Made by a program: the position numbers and the translations under genes
DNA from: Alphaproteobacteria bacterium
GTDB taxonomy: Bacteria > Pseudomonadota > Alphaproteobacteria > RF32 > CAG-239
Direction: 5' to 3'
Length of the DNA stretch: 64,000 bases
Assembly (NCBI GenBank): GCA_017477185.1
Contig: JAFUXF010000021.1
Location: 267 to 64,266 of the forward strand
Part shown: positions 1-9,602 of the stretch, one piece after another
Layout: each line of letters opens with the position of its first letter
Numbering within the stretch: position 1 is the first letter of the stretch
The notes under the pieces: model-generated
The model's database searches: none
What the model was told of the DNA's origin: nothing
Seen by the model: the letters and a program-made list of their open reading frames with translations, nothing else

Positions 1-110
1 GGCTGTTTTTTTATTTTCAAAGACTTTAGGGTTGTGTGAATTTACAGGGTTTACATTATAATTCAAGTCATATAAAATAACCGCAATTGTTTATCTTACG
101 GAGAAAAATT

Positions 111-920
111 ATGGCTACAGTTCATTTAATGGTCGGATTTATGGGGTTCGGAAAAACGACAATTGCAAAGCAACTGGCAGAAACAATTCCTGCCGTGAGA
201 TTAACGCACGATGAATTTATGCTCAAGCGTTACGGAAGAGATCCTGATGATTTCCAGACAAAGTACAATATCATCGATGAAGAAATCCGCAAAAAAGCCT
301 CAGAACTCGTCAACGCCGGGCAAAGTGTCATTTTAGATTATGGGTTTTGGACACATGCCAAGCGTGAAGAGTATTATAAATGGGCAAAAACACTAACAAA
401 TGATGTGATTTTTCACGTTGTTTATTGCGATATGAATATTGCCAAGCAGAGGATTTTGGCGCGAACGGCAAATGATGTTGATTCTTTGGAAATTGATGAA
501 AATGCTTTTAATACCTTGGCTCAAAAATTTGAATCATGGAACTATATGGATGATTATCCTGTTGTTTTTCATAATTTACCGACAACACGTTATATCGGCA
601 ATCAGGTCTTGGTTAAAATTGACCGACCATTGGGCAGCAAGCATCCGAAATATGGTTTCGAATATCCAGTTAATTATGGGTATGTCCCCTTTACAAAGTC
701 GGGAGATGGAGAGGAGCTGGATGCCTATGTTTTGATGGAGGATAAACCTCTTGCCAAGTATATAGGGCGATGTATCGCTGTTGTTCACCGCACGGATGAT
801 GATGACGACAAGCTTATTGTTGTGCCGGAAGCATATGATTTGGCTGATGATATTATTGAAGAAAATATCACTTTTCAAGAAAAGTGGTTTAAGCATATTC
901 TGATCAGACAGCCTAAATAA
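111..920 (+). CDS. Fusion protein: N-terminal P-loop NTPase/kinase domain plus C-terminal family I inorganic pyrophosphatase-like domain
   Basis: ORF 87-920. The ATG at 111 is preferred because GGAG lies at 99-102. Walker A GFMGFGKTT is present. The C-terminal half has PPase-type motifs VKIDRPLGSKHPKY, YPVNYGYVP, GDGEELDAYVL and DDDDDKLIVVP. Confidence 0.7.
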   Translation: MATVHLMVGFMGFGKTTIAKQLAETIPAVRLTHDEFMLKRYGRDPDDFQTKYNIIDEEIRKKASELVNAGQSVILDYGFWTHAKREEYYKWAKTLTNDVIFHVVYCDMNIAKQRILARTANDVDSLEIDENAFNTLAQKFESWNYMDDYPVVFHNLPTTRYIGNQVLVKIDRPLGSKHPKYGFEYPVNYGYVPFTKSGDGEELDAYVLMEDKPLAKYIGRCIAVVHRTDDDDDKLIVVPEAYDLADDIIEENITFQEKWFKHILIRQPK

Positions 921-1278
921 CTAAAATGCACTTTGTGTATTTATAGAGATATGGTTAAAAAGGTAACTTGTTTATTTCACTTCATAAACTTTGAGATTGA
1001 AATTACTAATGTAAACAGCAGGTATAGAGTAACTATTTTTGTGTTACTTTACGAACTGTTATTTCTGTTAAAGAATAGTAATCAAGCCTTAAAGAATAAA
1101 ACATATATAAATATTAGTGTATTAGCAGAGAACATATTTTCTTTATTACTTCTACTCCTGAAGCAACCGCTTCAACAACTGATACTGTGCCAAACTGTGG
1201 TAGGAAAAATTGCGGAAAGAAAAGCAATATATCCGAAAGAATGAAAATATAGGTCCGCCATTATAGAGGACACTTTCC

Positions 1279-2886
1279 TTATTCCATATCTTCATAAAAA
1301 TGCTCAGACAAATCCGTCCAAATAACCATTCTTTTTTGCTTGAATTTTTCATCATCTTCCAAAATATCCATTTTAGGGTTATAGTGGTCATGATGAATCG
1401 AAGCAAGCCTTGTAATTGTTTCCGGAATATAATTTGAAATTACAGGCTTATCTTTTTGTTTTGACAATTTATTCCACATAATCCTATTTTCCTCTGTATT
1501 TAAATAGGCATCATTTGCATACCAAAATATAGGAATATGAAATGATTGAGGAACATTGGCTACCATCCATTTTCCATTGTCAAATATATTTATGGCATGA
1601 TCTGAAGAAAAAACTAAAAATGTACTCGAAGGAATTTTATTTATTGTCTTCAAAAATTCCTGAATTACATAAACACTATACTCCATCGCATTTTCGTATG
1701 TTTTCAAAATTATTTCCTTGTTTTCATTTTTTAGCGGCAAATGATTTTGTTTCAGAGAAGGCTTGTGTTTATCGAAAGAATTCGGATAACGATCTTCAAA
1801 ATTATAGTGACAACCGATTATTTTGATAACAACTAACTTCTTTTTATCATCTTTTCGCAAAATATTGTCGACAAGCGGTATTATCTCTGCGTCATTAACA
1901 AAATCATCAGGTGTACCGTCTGGATATTTTATCGGGACATAATCTTTTCTTCCGGAGCCATATTGGCTGAAATTCTGGCTTTCTATGGTGATAAAATTGA
2001 TATTATCATCACCAACGTGCAATTTTTTCAGATAACTTATAAAATATGTTTCATAACCAGCTTCTTCAAAAAGTTTAAATATGGAAGATTCATAAAAAAG
2101 AGGTTTTTTCTCATTTACTGTTTTACGAGAGAGAATTTGTGGCATAGCCCATAAAGTATAGGCATATTGCGATATTGCATCCGACATAAGAATAATATTG
2201 TTACCCATAAAATTATGCCACACTTTTTCAAAATAATCATATCGTTGGCTTTCTCCGATAAATATAATAACATTTTGAGGAGAATTTTGAGACGAAACGG
2301 CTCCCCATTTAAAATTGTTTTTCTCTTTTATTTGCTTCCCGTAATCATGTGATTGAGATATATACTTTGATATTTCCTTTATATAAGGTTTTCCTGCGCC
2401 TGTCCATAAAGAAAAAAGCATTATTAAAAAATATATAAACCATCCTCTTTTTTTGAACTTTATAAATAACATGATTATGAATAAAAATGCGAGAATAAAA
2501 AAGATTGTAAGTTCAAATGGTGATAATAGATTAATATAAGAAGCCATTTCCATGATGTTTGTATCAAAAGTTACAGCTAAAATTTGTTGTGCCATTGATT
2601 TAAAAGGTGCTCCATACAGGTGCACAAAATGCCAATCAAACAACAAAATCATTCCCGTAAAAAAATAAAATATACTAAAAATCCATCCAGGAGAAAATAG
2701 TGATAGAAACACTAGTGTAGATGAAGAAATAATAGTATATTTAATTTTTATGTACGGATTCAAAAATAGGCAAATTATCTCTATTAGTGATAAAATGAGC
2801 ATAAAAACAGTATATTTATTTTGTAAAATTTTTTTGCAGATTTGTGAAGTGTTTTTTCGTATTTTAGCCAGCATTTTCAGCTCCAT
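1279..2886 (-). CDS. Phosphoethanolamine transferase / sulfatase-family inner-membrane protein (EptA-like)
   Basis: 535 aa. The N-terminal ~170 aa are multi-pass hydrophobic. Alkaline-phosphatase-superfamily motifs follow: VIIFIGESQRYDY and LVFSSDHA. It is the last gene of a tightly packed minus-strand operon. An alternative start is at 2874. Confidence 0.7.
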   Translation of the reverse strand: MELKMLAKIRKNTSQICKKILQNKYTVFMLILSLIEIICLFLNPYIKIKYTIISSSTLVFLSLFSPGWIFSIFYFFTGMILLFDWHFVHLYGAPFKSMAQQILAVTFDTNIMEMASYINLLSPFELTIFFILAFLFIIMLFIKFKKRGWFIYFLIMLFSLWTGAGKPYIKEISKYISQSHDYGKQIKEKNNFKWGAVSSQNSPQNVIIFIGESQRYDYFEKVWHNFMGNNIILMSDAISQYAYTLWAMPQILSRKTVNEKKPLFYESSIFKLFEEAGYETYFISYLKKLHVGDDNINFITIESQNFSQYGSGRKDYVPIKYPDGTPDDFVNDAEIIPLVDNILRKDDKKKLVVIKIIGCHYNFEDRYPNSFDKHKPSLKQNHLPLKNENKEIILKTYENAMEYSVYVIQEFLKTINKIPSSTFLVFSSDHAINIFDNGKWMVANVPQSFHIPIFWYANDAYLNTEENRIMWNKLSKQKDKPVISNYIPETITRLASIHHDHYNPKMDILEDDEKFKQKRMVIWTDLSEHFYEDME

Positions 2887-4895
2887 TTTTTTAATTTGCT
2901 TTTATATTTATTTCTTTTTTTACCAAAAGTAATTTTTGAAAGAATTTTGTATTTATAATATTTCAAAGAACTTTTGTTCCCTTTTTCAATTTTTCCTATT
3001 TCTCTTTTTGAAAAATGGGGATTATTTTCATCCAATCTTTGAGAGAAAATATCCTGAAATTCAGGTTTCAACCAATGTGTTCCATCAAGACAAACTCTAT
3101 CTCTGATTTGTGCAAAAGTTGGTGCATCAAAGCCGACAATGTCACCAAAAGACAAAAACGCATGGTTATTCCAACAATGCGGATTAGGACAATGACATCC
3201 TATCGGATGTGATTCTAAAGGGGTTGTTAAGTCTTCAAAAATATTCTGTATCTTACCGCAACCATAACATTGAGCTACATCACCAGTTCCTAAATTAACG
3301 CAATAAGACCAATGCCCTGCATAGCAAAATTCTGTTCTTTTTTTCTCAAATAAAGGTAGTTTAAAATCGAACATCGGTGATTTAAAATCGCCCCATATCT
3401 TTCGGGCTTCTTCACACGAATAGTCTGATAATCTTGGAATACCAGGCTTAGTTTCATCTCTGGCAATTGTCAAATGACATAAAGCCCCCAATTCTTTCAT
3501 GCAAACTTCTTTAATATCTGGAATGTGCGGAATCAATTCATCCACAACAGTTAGTTCCACTGTAAAGGATGCCGGACTTTCTTTTATTTTGCGAATATTA
3601 CTAAAGAATTGCTCCATTAAGTTTGTGCGCTTTAATTCAAGATATTGAAAAGAGCATTTGAAGAATAATCGTTTCAGAAGCTCTTTATCCAATGCCAAAA
3701 TCTCATCAAAGCGTTTAGATACTGTTGTGTTAGTCACAATCATTACATAGTGTCCTTCTTGTAATAAACAACGAGCAATATCTGTTATTTCCGGTGGTAA
3801 AAGCGTTTCACCACCACCACACAAATTGATAAGGGACACCCCTCCCAAGCGTTTTTTTGATAGTGCTCTGGCGATATATTCAGGAGAATATTTAAACTCA
3901 GGCAATTTTTCGCCCCACCATTTATTTTGAGTGATATAGCAATAATGGCATTTGAAATTACATGTCTTTACCGGAACATAACAATCTAAGAATTTTACAA
4001 TTTTATCATTCTTTTCAGCAGAGTCATTTAAAATATTCACATTACCCAATGTCGACATCGTTTGCGCATGAACACCCTTTAATTTGCCATAAATGTTATC
4101 ATGTATAATGACCTGTTTTCCTAAAAGGGCACTGGCAATTGCGATATGCAACCGATCTGTCCGAATAACATCAAAATGATTTAATAATTCAAACATCATA
4201 TTCGTTGCAAATTCTATATTTTCGATCGGTTCCCATGGACTGAACCACCCCATTTCATTTGATAAATCCAAATCAGTTTGATAGTGTCCCTCTGATTCTG
4301 AATCTTTTCGGAACAATCTCACATCTTTTGGCAAAGATTTAACTATTTGGCGCAATTTAGATGAAGCTTTTTTCAAATCCTTCGTCGGAGCCAACATATT
4401 TGTTTTGATACTGCCACTTAAACGAAATGCCATATCGTGATCCAATAATATTTTTGCCCGAGTATTTTGTGATTTTAAATATTCAAAAGATTCTTTTTCC
4501 CTGCAAAAAACAGTAAAGCGCTTATCCAAAATTTTAATAAATTCAGGTACATCTCGAAAAGAAGACGGAAGAATAACAACTCTTTCAGCCTTTTGCATCA
4601 GATTCATAATCGGTTGCAAACCTTCTATCCAATCGTGTGTCCATGCACCGCCACCACCATAAACAAAGTATTTAATATTTTTTTCAGATTGATTGAATCG
4701 TCCCCAATTTAAGTGGTTTTGATTAAACCATCTGATTGTAGCAGCAGCAATGAGCATATCACCCATATTGCCACTGTTAGGAATATAAGCAAATGCCCCC
4801 AAACTCTCTAATTCTGATAACAACAAAGTATCATCCAACTTCATAGGATTATATTTTATAGATTCTTTTACTTTTAAAAATTGAAATAAATCCAT
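2877..4895 (-). CDS. Fusion of a polysaccharide pyruvyl-transferase domain (N-terminal) and a radical SAM domain with a SPASM/twitch-like Cys-rich tail (C-terminal)
   Basis: N-terminal motifs NSGNMGDMLIAAAT and TDRLHIAIASALLGKQVIIHD fit the PS_pyruv_trans pattern. CNFKCHYC (CX3CX2C, nt 3939-3962) is followed by GGGETLL. The C-terminal cluster is CYAGHWSYCVNLGTGDVAQCYGCG...CHCPNPHC. Confidence 0.75.
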   Translation of the reverse strand: MDLFQFLKVKESIKYNPMKLDDTLLLSELESLGAFAYIPNSGNMGDMLIAAATIRWFNQNHLNWGRFNQSEKNIKYFVYGGGGAWTHDWIEGLQPIMNLMQKAERVVILPSSFRDVPEFIKILDKRFTVFCREKESFEYLKSQNTRAKILLDHDMAFRLSGSIKTNMLAPTKDLKKASSKLRQIVKSLPKDVRLFRKDSESEGHYQTDLDLSNEMGWFSPWEPIENIEFATNMMFELLNHFDVIRTDRLHIAIASALLGKQVIIHDNIYGKLKGVHAQTMSTLGNVNILNDSAEKNDKIVKFLDCYVPVKTCNFKCHYCYITQNKWWGEKLPEFKYSPEYIARALSKKRLGGVSLINLCGGGETLLPPEITDIARCLLQEGHYVMIVTNTTVSKRFDEILALDKELLKRLFFKCSFQYLELKRTNLMEQFFSNIRKIKESPASFTVELTVVDELIPHIPDIKEVCMKELGALCHLTIARDETKPGIPRLSDYSCEEARKIWGDFKSPMFDFKLPLFEKKRTEFCYAGHWSYCVNLGTGDVAQCYGCGKIQNIFEDLTTPLESHPIGCHCPNPHCWNNHAFLSFGDIVGFDAPTFAQIRDRVCLDGTHWLKPEFQDIFSQRLDENNPHFSKREIGKIEKGNKSSLKYYKYKILSKITFGKKRNKYKSKLKKWS

Positions 4896-4896
4896 A

Positions 4897-5766
4897 TTAT
4901 TTTCTCCCTACCACTATTTCTACGCCAAAAATCGTCAGAATTTTCTTCTTTTTACCTGTTATCTTTTGGTTTCTGAGTGAGAAAATTCTTTGCCAAAATG
5001 TATATTTCATCTTTTGAGAGAATTGTTGTGGACACACTAAGTTCAGGATTTTTTGCTGTAATTCTTTATCATCCGTCAGAAAATCAAGCATATTTTGTTT
5101 GATTTTTTTAGTCGTTTCTTGTTGAATCTCCGAAAAGGCTGAGGAAATTTGATCATTATGACACCTATAATTGAGTAAAACTTCCTGAAGATTATATAAT
5201 TCAGTATATTTAATCATCCTCGTCCAAAGTTCATAATCCTCAGCATGAAGATAATTTTCATATTTGAGATGATATTTCTCTAAAATGGATTTTCTAACCA
5301 TAATAGAAGGATGAGCTACTTGATTTCCCTTTATCATATCTAAATATTTAGAATATTCTTTAATGTAAATAATATTTTCTTGAGGGAAAGTCTTAATTAA
5401 AGAACCGACCAATCCTGTCTCTGGATGTTCATCTAAATAATCAACTTGCTTTTCAAATCGCTCTGGTAGAGATATGTCATCAGAATCCATACGAGCAATA
5501 TATTCACCTTTGCAAAGTTCCAATCCTTTATTAAGCGTATAAATTAGTCCACGGTTTTCTTGTTCAAAATATTTAATGCGCCTGTCTCGATACGACCAGA
5601 TAACCTCTTTAGCATTATTGGTTGAACCGTCATCTATAATCAAAAACTCAAAATCTCTAAAAGTCTGATTAAGAATGCTCTCAATCGCTTCGCGCAAATA
5701 CTCTTCCTTTGTATTATAAACCGGCATCAAAACAGAAACTTTGGGCTTATCGTTTTTTGTTGTCAT
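4897..5766 (-). CDS. Family 2 glycosyltransferase
   Basis: VSVLMPVYNTKEEYLREAIESILNQTFRDFEFLIIDDGSTNN and the DSDD motif are present. Its stop lies 1 nt from the start of the next gene. Confidence 0.85.
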   Translation of the reverse strand: MTTKNDKPKVSVLMPVYNTKEEYLREAIESILNQTFRDFEFLIIDDGSTNNAKEVIWSYRDRRIKYFEQENRGLIYTLNKGLELCKGEYIARMDSDDISLPERFEKQVDYLDEHPETGLVGSLIKTFPQENIIYIKEYSKYLDMIKGNQVAHPSIMVRKSILEKYHLKYENYLHAEDYELWTRMIKYTELYNLQEVLLNYRCHNDQISSAFSEIQQETTKKIKQNMLDFLTDDKELQQKILNLVCPQQFSQKMKYTFWQRIFSLRNQKITGKKKKILTIFGVEIVVGRK

Positions 5767-6061
5767 TATATTCCCCTAATAATTTTGAATTTTCACGAAT
5801 GAAGTTGCAAGCTGTTCCATTATCATGTTTTTATAAAACCACTGTTTATATTTGACACATGGTTTTATACTTCAAAGAGTTGCAAAAAGCAATATCTTTT
5901 TATAAATTTATTTGAAACATGTTTATGTATATTTTCATCACAAGATCAACTCCTTATAAGAAAATTCGGATCCGTCTGTTCTGGTGTATTCCAAACTCTT
6001 TCTTGACTTTGCTTCTTTTTTTCGTTATCTTTCGAGAAAATTGCTTTTAATCGGAGTTTTT

Positions 6062-6790
6062 ATGAAAAAAATATATCTTATTTTATTTATTTTTTCGTTT
6101 TTAATCAATTCTGCCTGCCAAGCAGAAGTTTCTTCTTTTTTAACAAAAGATCAAATTCCTACGGCATCAGAATTTCTCCCCTCGCCTCCAGAAACTACAG
6201 ACGCCGCCTTTTACAATGATTGGTATCGATATGAATGGGGAAAGTCTGTACGCAATACCGAACGAGGTAAACAAGCTATCGAAGATGCCGCTCATTCGTT
6301 AGAATATTTTTATAAAATATATTCCGAGCCTTTTGGTTTAATTATTTCAAAAGAAAATACTCCGGAAATCTCTGCTCTGTTAGAGCGCGTACTTGCTACA
6401 TCCGTTTTATGTAAAGATAAAGCCAAAAGTCAGTTTATGCGTACCAGACCTTTCGTACAATTTAATGAACCTACTCCCGTTCCAAACGACGAAGAAGTAT
6501 TGAAAAATAATTCATCTTATCCGTCAGGTCATACAACAATGGGCTGGGGAATTGCTCTCGTTTTGGCAGAAATCAACCCCGATCGCCAAAATGAGATTTT
6601 AAAACGCGCATTTGAATATGGTGAAAGTCGTGTTATCGTAGGATTTCACTATCAAAGTGATGTTGACCATGCCCGTATTTTGACTTCTGTACTCATAAAC
6701 CGGTTACATGGTAATGATGATTTTGTTAAACAACTTCAAAAGGCAAAAGAGGAATTTTTTCTCAAAAAGGCTTCTGATAACAAAAAATAG
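6062..6790 (+). CDS. Class A non-specific acid phosphatase (PAP2 family), secreted
   Basis: The ATG at 6062 gives the signal peptide MKKIYLILFIFSFLINSACQA. PAP2 motifs are KDKAKSQFMRTRP, SYPSGHTT and SRVIVGFHYQSD. Confidence 0.8.
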   Translation: MKKIYLILFIFSFLINSACQAEVSSFLTKDQIPTASEFLPSPPETTDAAFYNDWYRYEWGKSVRNTERGKQAIEDAAHSLEYFYKIYSEPFGLIISKENTPEISALLERVLATSVLCKDKAKSQFMRTRPFVQFNEPTPVPNDEEVLKNNSSYPSGHTTMGWGIALVLAEINPDRQNEILKRAFEYGESRVIVGFHYQSDVDHARILTSVLINRLHGNDDFVKQLQKAKEEFFLKKASDNKK

Positions 6791-6941
6791 CTATGTTCAG
6801 ATCATAAACTGAAGGGATGGATTATTCACTGTCTTTAATTGTCCGTCGGATACGAGAAGATGATGTGAATATATTTATAATAAGTATTGAATATTTTTGT
6901 CATATGCTCTATTTTAATAGGGAATAGTTTGAGATAAAAAC

Positions 6942-7262
6942 ATGAATAATCCTGAATTACCACAATTAAAAATTGAGCAACAAAAAGATAATGATAAGTT
7001 AGTTTGCAAATTGGCTGGTTGGTTGGATCCTAATACTTCGCCAGACTTACTTTGTAAAATTGATCTTACACGTGTTCAGTCTCTTATTTTCGATATGACT
7101 AATATTGAATATATCTTTTCTTCCGGTTTACGCGTCATGCTTATTTTCCAAAAAATGATGTCTGAAAACGGAGGAACCATGAAATTGATAAACGTGCCGG
7201 AGCAAATCAGGTCTATTTTTGAAGACACCGGTTTAGATAAAATGCTAGCAACAAAAGTATGA
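6942..7262 (+). CDS. STAS-domain anti-sigma-factor antagonist (SpoIIAA/RsbV-like)
   Basis: 106 aa. It has the STAS-like core LIFDMTNIEYIFSSGLRVML and the ending INVPEQIRSIFEDTGLDK. An ATGA overlap links it to the next gene. Confidence 0.75.
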   Translation: MNNPELPQLKIEQQKDNDKLVCKLAGWLDPNTSPDLLCKIDLTRVQSLIFDMTNIEYIFSSGLRVMLIFQKMMSENGGTMKLINVPEQIRSIFEDTGLDKMLATKV

Positions 7263-9583
7263 TGAACTGGCTCAATAAGCATTCTCTGACCTTTAAACTA
7301 AGTATCACTATTATTGCATGCGTATGCACTGTTTTTTTTGCGCTTATTTACTTTATTTCGGGACGGGTAGAAAAAATCATTCTCGCTCAAATAAATCATA
7401 CCGCACAAGAGGCCGTTAATGCTTATGCCGGAGATTTTAATCGTCTGACATCTGATGTAGAGCAAATTGTTACTAACACAAAAAACACTCTGTCTCAAAT
7501 AAGAGAAACAAATATATCTTCTTTGAAAGTTGCCCTAAATTCAGCAATCCAGACAGTTGAAGATTCTGATTTAAATTTTACGGAAGCATGGGTATATACT
7601 TTTCCTGCTGAAGATGTGTCAGTCGGTACGCTTTATATCAGTGAATATCTGAATGATGATAAAATCGATTTTTACAGCAAAAAAATAAATAACTTTTATG
7701 AGGCTTTCCCTTGGTTCAAAGAAGTTCCAAAGAAAGAAAAAATTTATTGGTCTGAACCCTATATTGATGCGGATACCGGAAAAACGGTCGTAACTTGTCT
7801 TATTCCGTTTAAATTTAAGGATGAAACAGATTTTAATGGTTTAGCGGCACTAACGGTTGATTTATCAACAATCCAAAACAGCATAAATAATTTTTCATTT
7901 TATGAAACGGGTAAATTATTGTTGCTTTCTCGCTCAGGACTTTATGTAACACATCCGGATAAAAATATTGTATTAAAGATGACAATTTTTGAATTGTCCA
8001 AAAAAATTAACTTACCCGAACTTGAAACAGCCGGAAAAAAAATGTTTGCCGGTGAAACCGGAAATATTTGGATACCGTATTCTTCTGTTTATAAAGGTCC
8101 GGTGATTTTCTTTTATACGCCAATTAAAAAAATTGGTTGGGGGCTTTGTTTGGTATATGCACAGAGTGTGCTCTTAAAACCGATACAGCGTTTTCAAATT
8201 ATCATGACTATCGGTTTATTGGTAGGGATACTAACGCTTTTATTCATCATTAATCAAATTTGCAAGCACTCTACCAATCAACTTCTAAAATTAAGTAAAT
8301 TAGCAGAAAAGTATGGGCGCGGCGATTTTTCTGACAAATTTACTGAGGTTCCTTATTCTTCAGATATTGGGGTTTTATCTTTAGCTCTTTCTAACATGAG
8401 GGAAAATTTGCTCAATTATACTGAAAAAGAAAGACAAGAAGCAGCAGAAAAACAAAAAAGTCAAAGTGAACTTGAAATTGCTCGGAATATCCAGAAAGCA
8501 TCCCTTTCGACTAAATATCCGCAACATCAGGCTTTTAATATCTCAACTGTAATGATTCCTGCCAGAGAAGTCGGGGGTGATTTTTATGACTTCTTCTTTA
8601 TTGATCAGGATCATTTTGCTATCGTTATGGCTGATGTTTCCGGTAAGGGTATTCCTGCCGCATTGTATATGATGAAATCTCAAACTTTGATTAAGAACAT
8701 AAGTAAAGGTCATCTCGGTTTAGATAAAGTATTTTATCATGTCAATAATGAACTTTGTGAAGGAAATGATACCTGTATGTTTGTGACGGTATTTATGGCT
8801 GTTATTGATTTATTAAACGGGGAAGTCCAGTATGTTAATGCCGGTCATACGCCACCACTGCTTAAAACCAAAAACGGTTATGACTTTATGTCCCCGAAAA
8901 AAAATCTTATTCTGGGAATTTCCAAAAACACTAAATTTGCGGTTGAAAAAATAAAATTAAATATGGGGGATCATCTTTTCTTATATACAGATGGTGTCAC
9001 AGAAGCAGAAAATGCAAAGGCTCAATTTTATGGAGCAGACCGTCTTAAGAAAATATTACAAAAAGCAACTGATGATCCCGAAACAAATTTAAACCTCGTC
9101 CTAAACAGCATAAAAAAATTTGTCAAAGAGAATGCTCAATCTGATGATATCACGATGCTTGACTTTGCTTACTTAGGTTCTTCCGAGGGGTATTTGAGGC
9201 TTCCAGCTAATAACAAAACTCTATCTAAAATGATAGACTTCTTAAAAACAGATATGGCTAAACATTTTGTTCCTCAAAAAAAGCAATTCAACGTTATTAT
9301 CGCTGCTGAAGAAATTTTTTCTAATATTGCAAATTATGCTTATCAAAAAGATGGCATTGTTGAAATTTTAACTTATGTTCATGACGGCATTTATTATGTT
9401 CGTTTTTCTGATTCTGGAAAAAAATATAATCCTCTGGAACATCAGGAGCCTGATGTAACGGTCGACTTGAAAGATCGAAAAATCGGCGGTCTTGGCATTT
9501 TTTTAGTAAAAAAACTATCAGATACAATCACCTATTCTTACGAAAAAAAGAAAAATGTTCTAACTATCGGTGTATCCTTGTGA
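7259..9583 (+). CDS. Membrane sensor with Cache-like periplasmic domain, HAMP, PP2C/SpoIIE phosphatase and C-terminal RsbW-like HATPase (anti-sigma serine kinase) domain
   Basis: Two TM segments flank a ~290-aa extracytoplasmic region. The SpoIIE motif is PAREVGGDFYDFFFID...ADVSGKGIPAALYM...YTDGVTEA...QSDDIT. The C-terminus carries AAEEIFSNIANYAY...GGLGIFLVKKLSD. Confidence 0.8.
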   Translation: MMNWLNKHSLTFKLSITIIACVCTVFFALIYFISGRVEKIILAQINHTAQEAVNAYAGDFNRLTSDVEQIVTNTKNTLSQIRETNISSLKVALNSAIQTVEDSDLNFTEAWVYTFPAEDVSVGTLYISEYLNDDKIDFYSKKINNFYEAFPWFKEVPKKEKIYWSEPYIDADTGKTVVTCLIPFKFKDETDFNGLAALTVDLSTIQNSINNFSFYETGKLLLLSRSGLYVTHPDKNIVLKMTIFELSKKINLPELETAGKKMFAGETGNIWIPYSSVYKGPVIFFYTPIKKIGWGLCLVYAQSVLLKPIQRFQIIMTIGLLVGILTLLFIINQICKHSTNQLLKLSKLAEKYGRGDFSDKFTEVPYSSDIGVLSLALSNMRENLLNYTEKERQEAAEKQKSQSELEIARNIQKASLSTKYPQHQAFNISTVMIPAREVGGDFYDFFFIDQDHFAIVMADVSGKGIPAALYMMKSQTLIKNISKGHLGLDKVFYHVNNELCEGNDTCMFVTVFMAVIDLLNGEVQYVNAGHTPPLLKTKNGYDFMSPKKNLILGISKNTKFAVEKIKLNMGDHLFLYTDGVTEAENAKAQFYGADRLKKILQKATDDPETNLNLVLNSIKKFVKENAQSDDITMLDFAYLGSSEGYLRLPANNKTLSKMIDFLKTDMAKHFVPQKKQFNVIIAAEEIFSNIANYAYQKDGIVEILTYVHDGIYYVRFSDSGKKYNPLEHQEPDVTVDLKDRKIGGLGIFLVKKLSDTITYSYEKKKNVLTIGVSL

Positions 9584-9602
9584 CGTATGGTAAAAATAAA
9601 TT

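Noticed and set aside
933-1244. 103-aa ORF in the AT-rich gap between the kinase-PPase gene and the PEtn-transferase gene.
   Set aside because: It has no RBS and a low-complexity Leu/Ile/Phe translation typical of AT-rich non-coding DNA. It partly overlaps another equally poor ORF.
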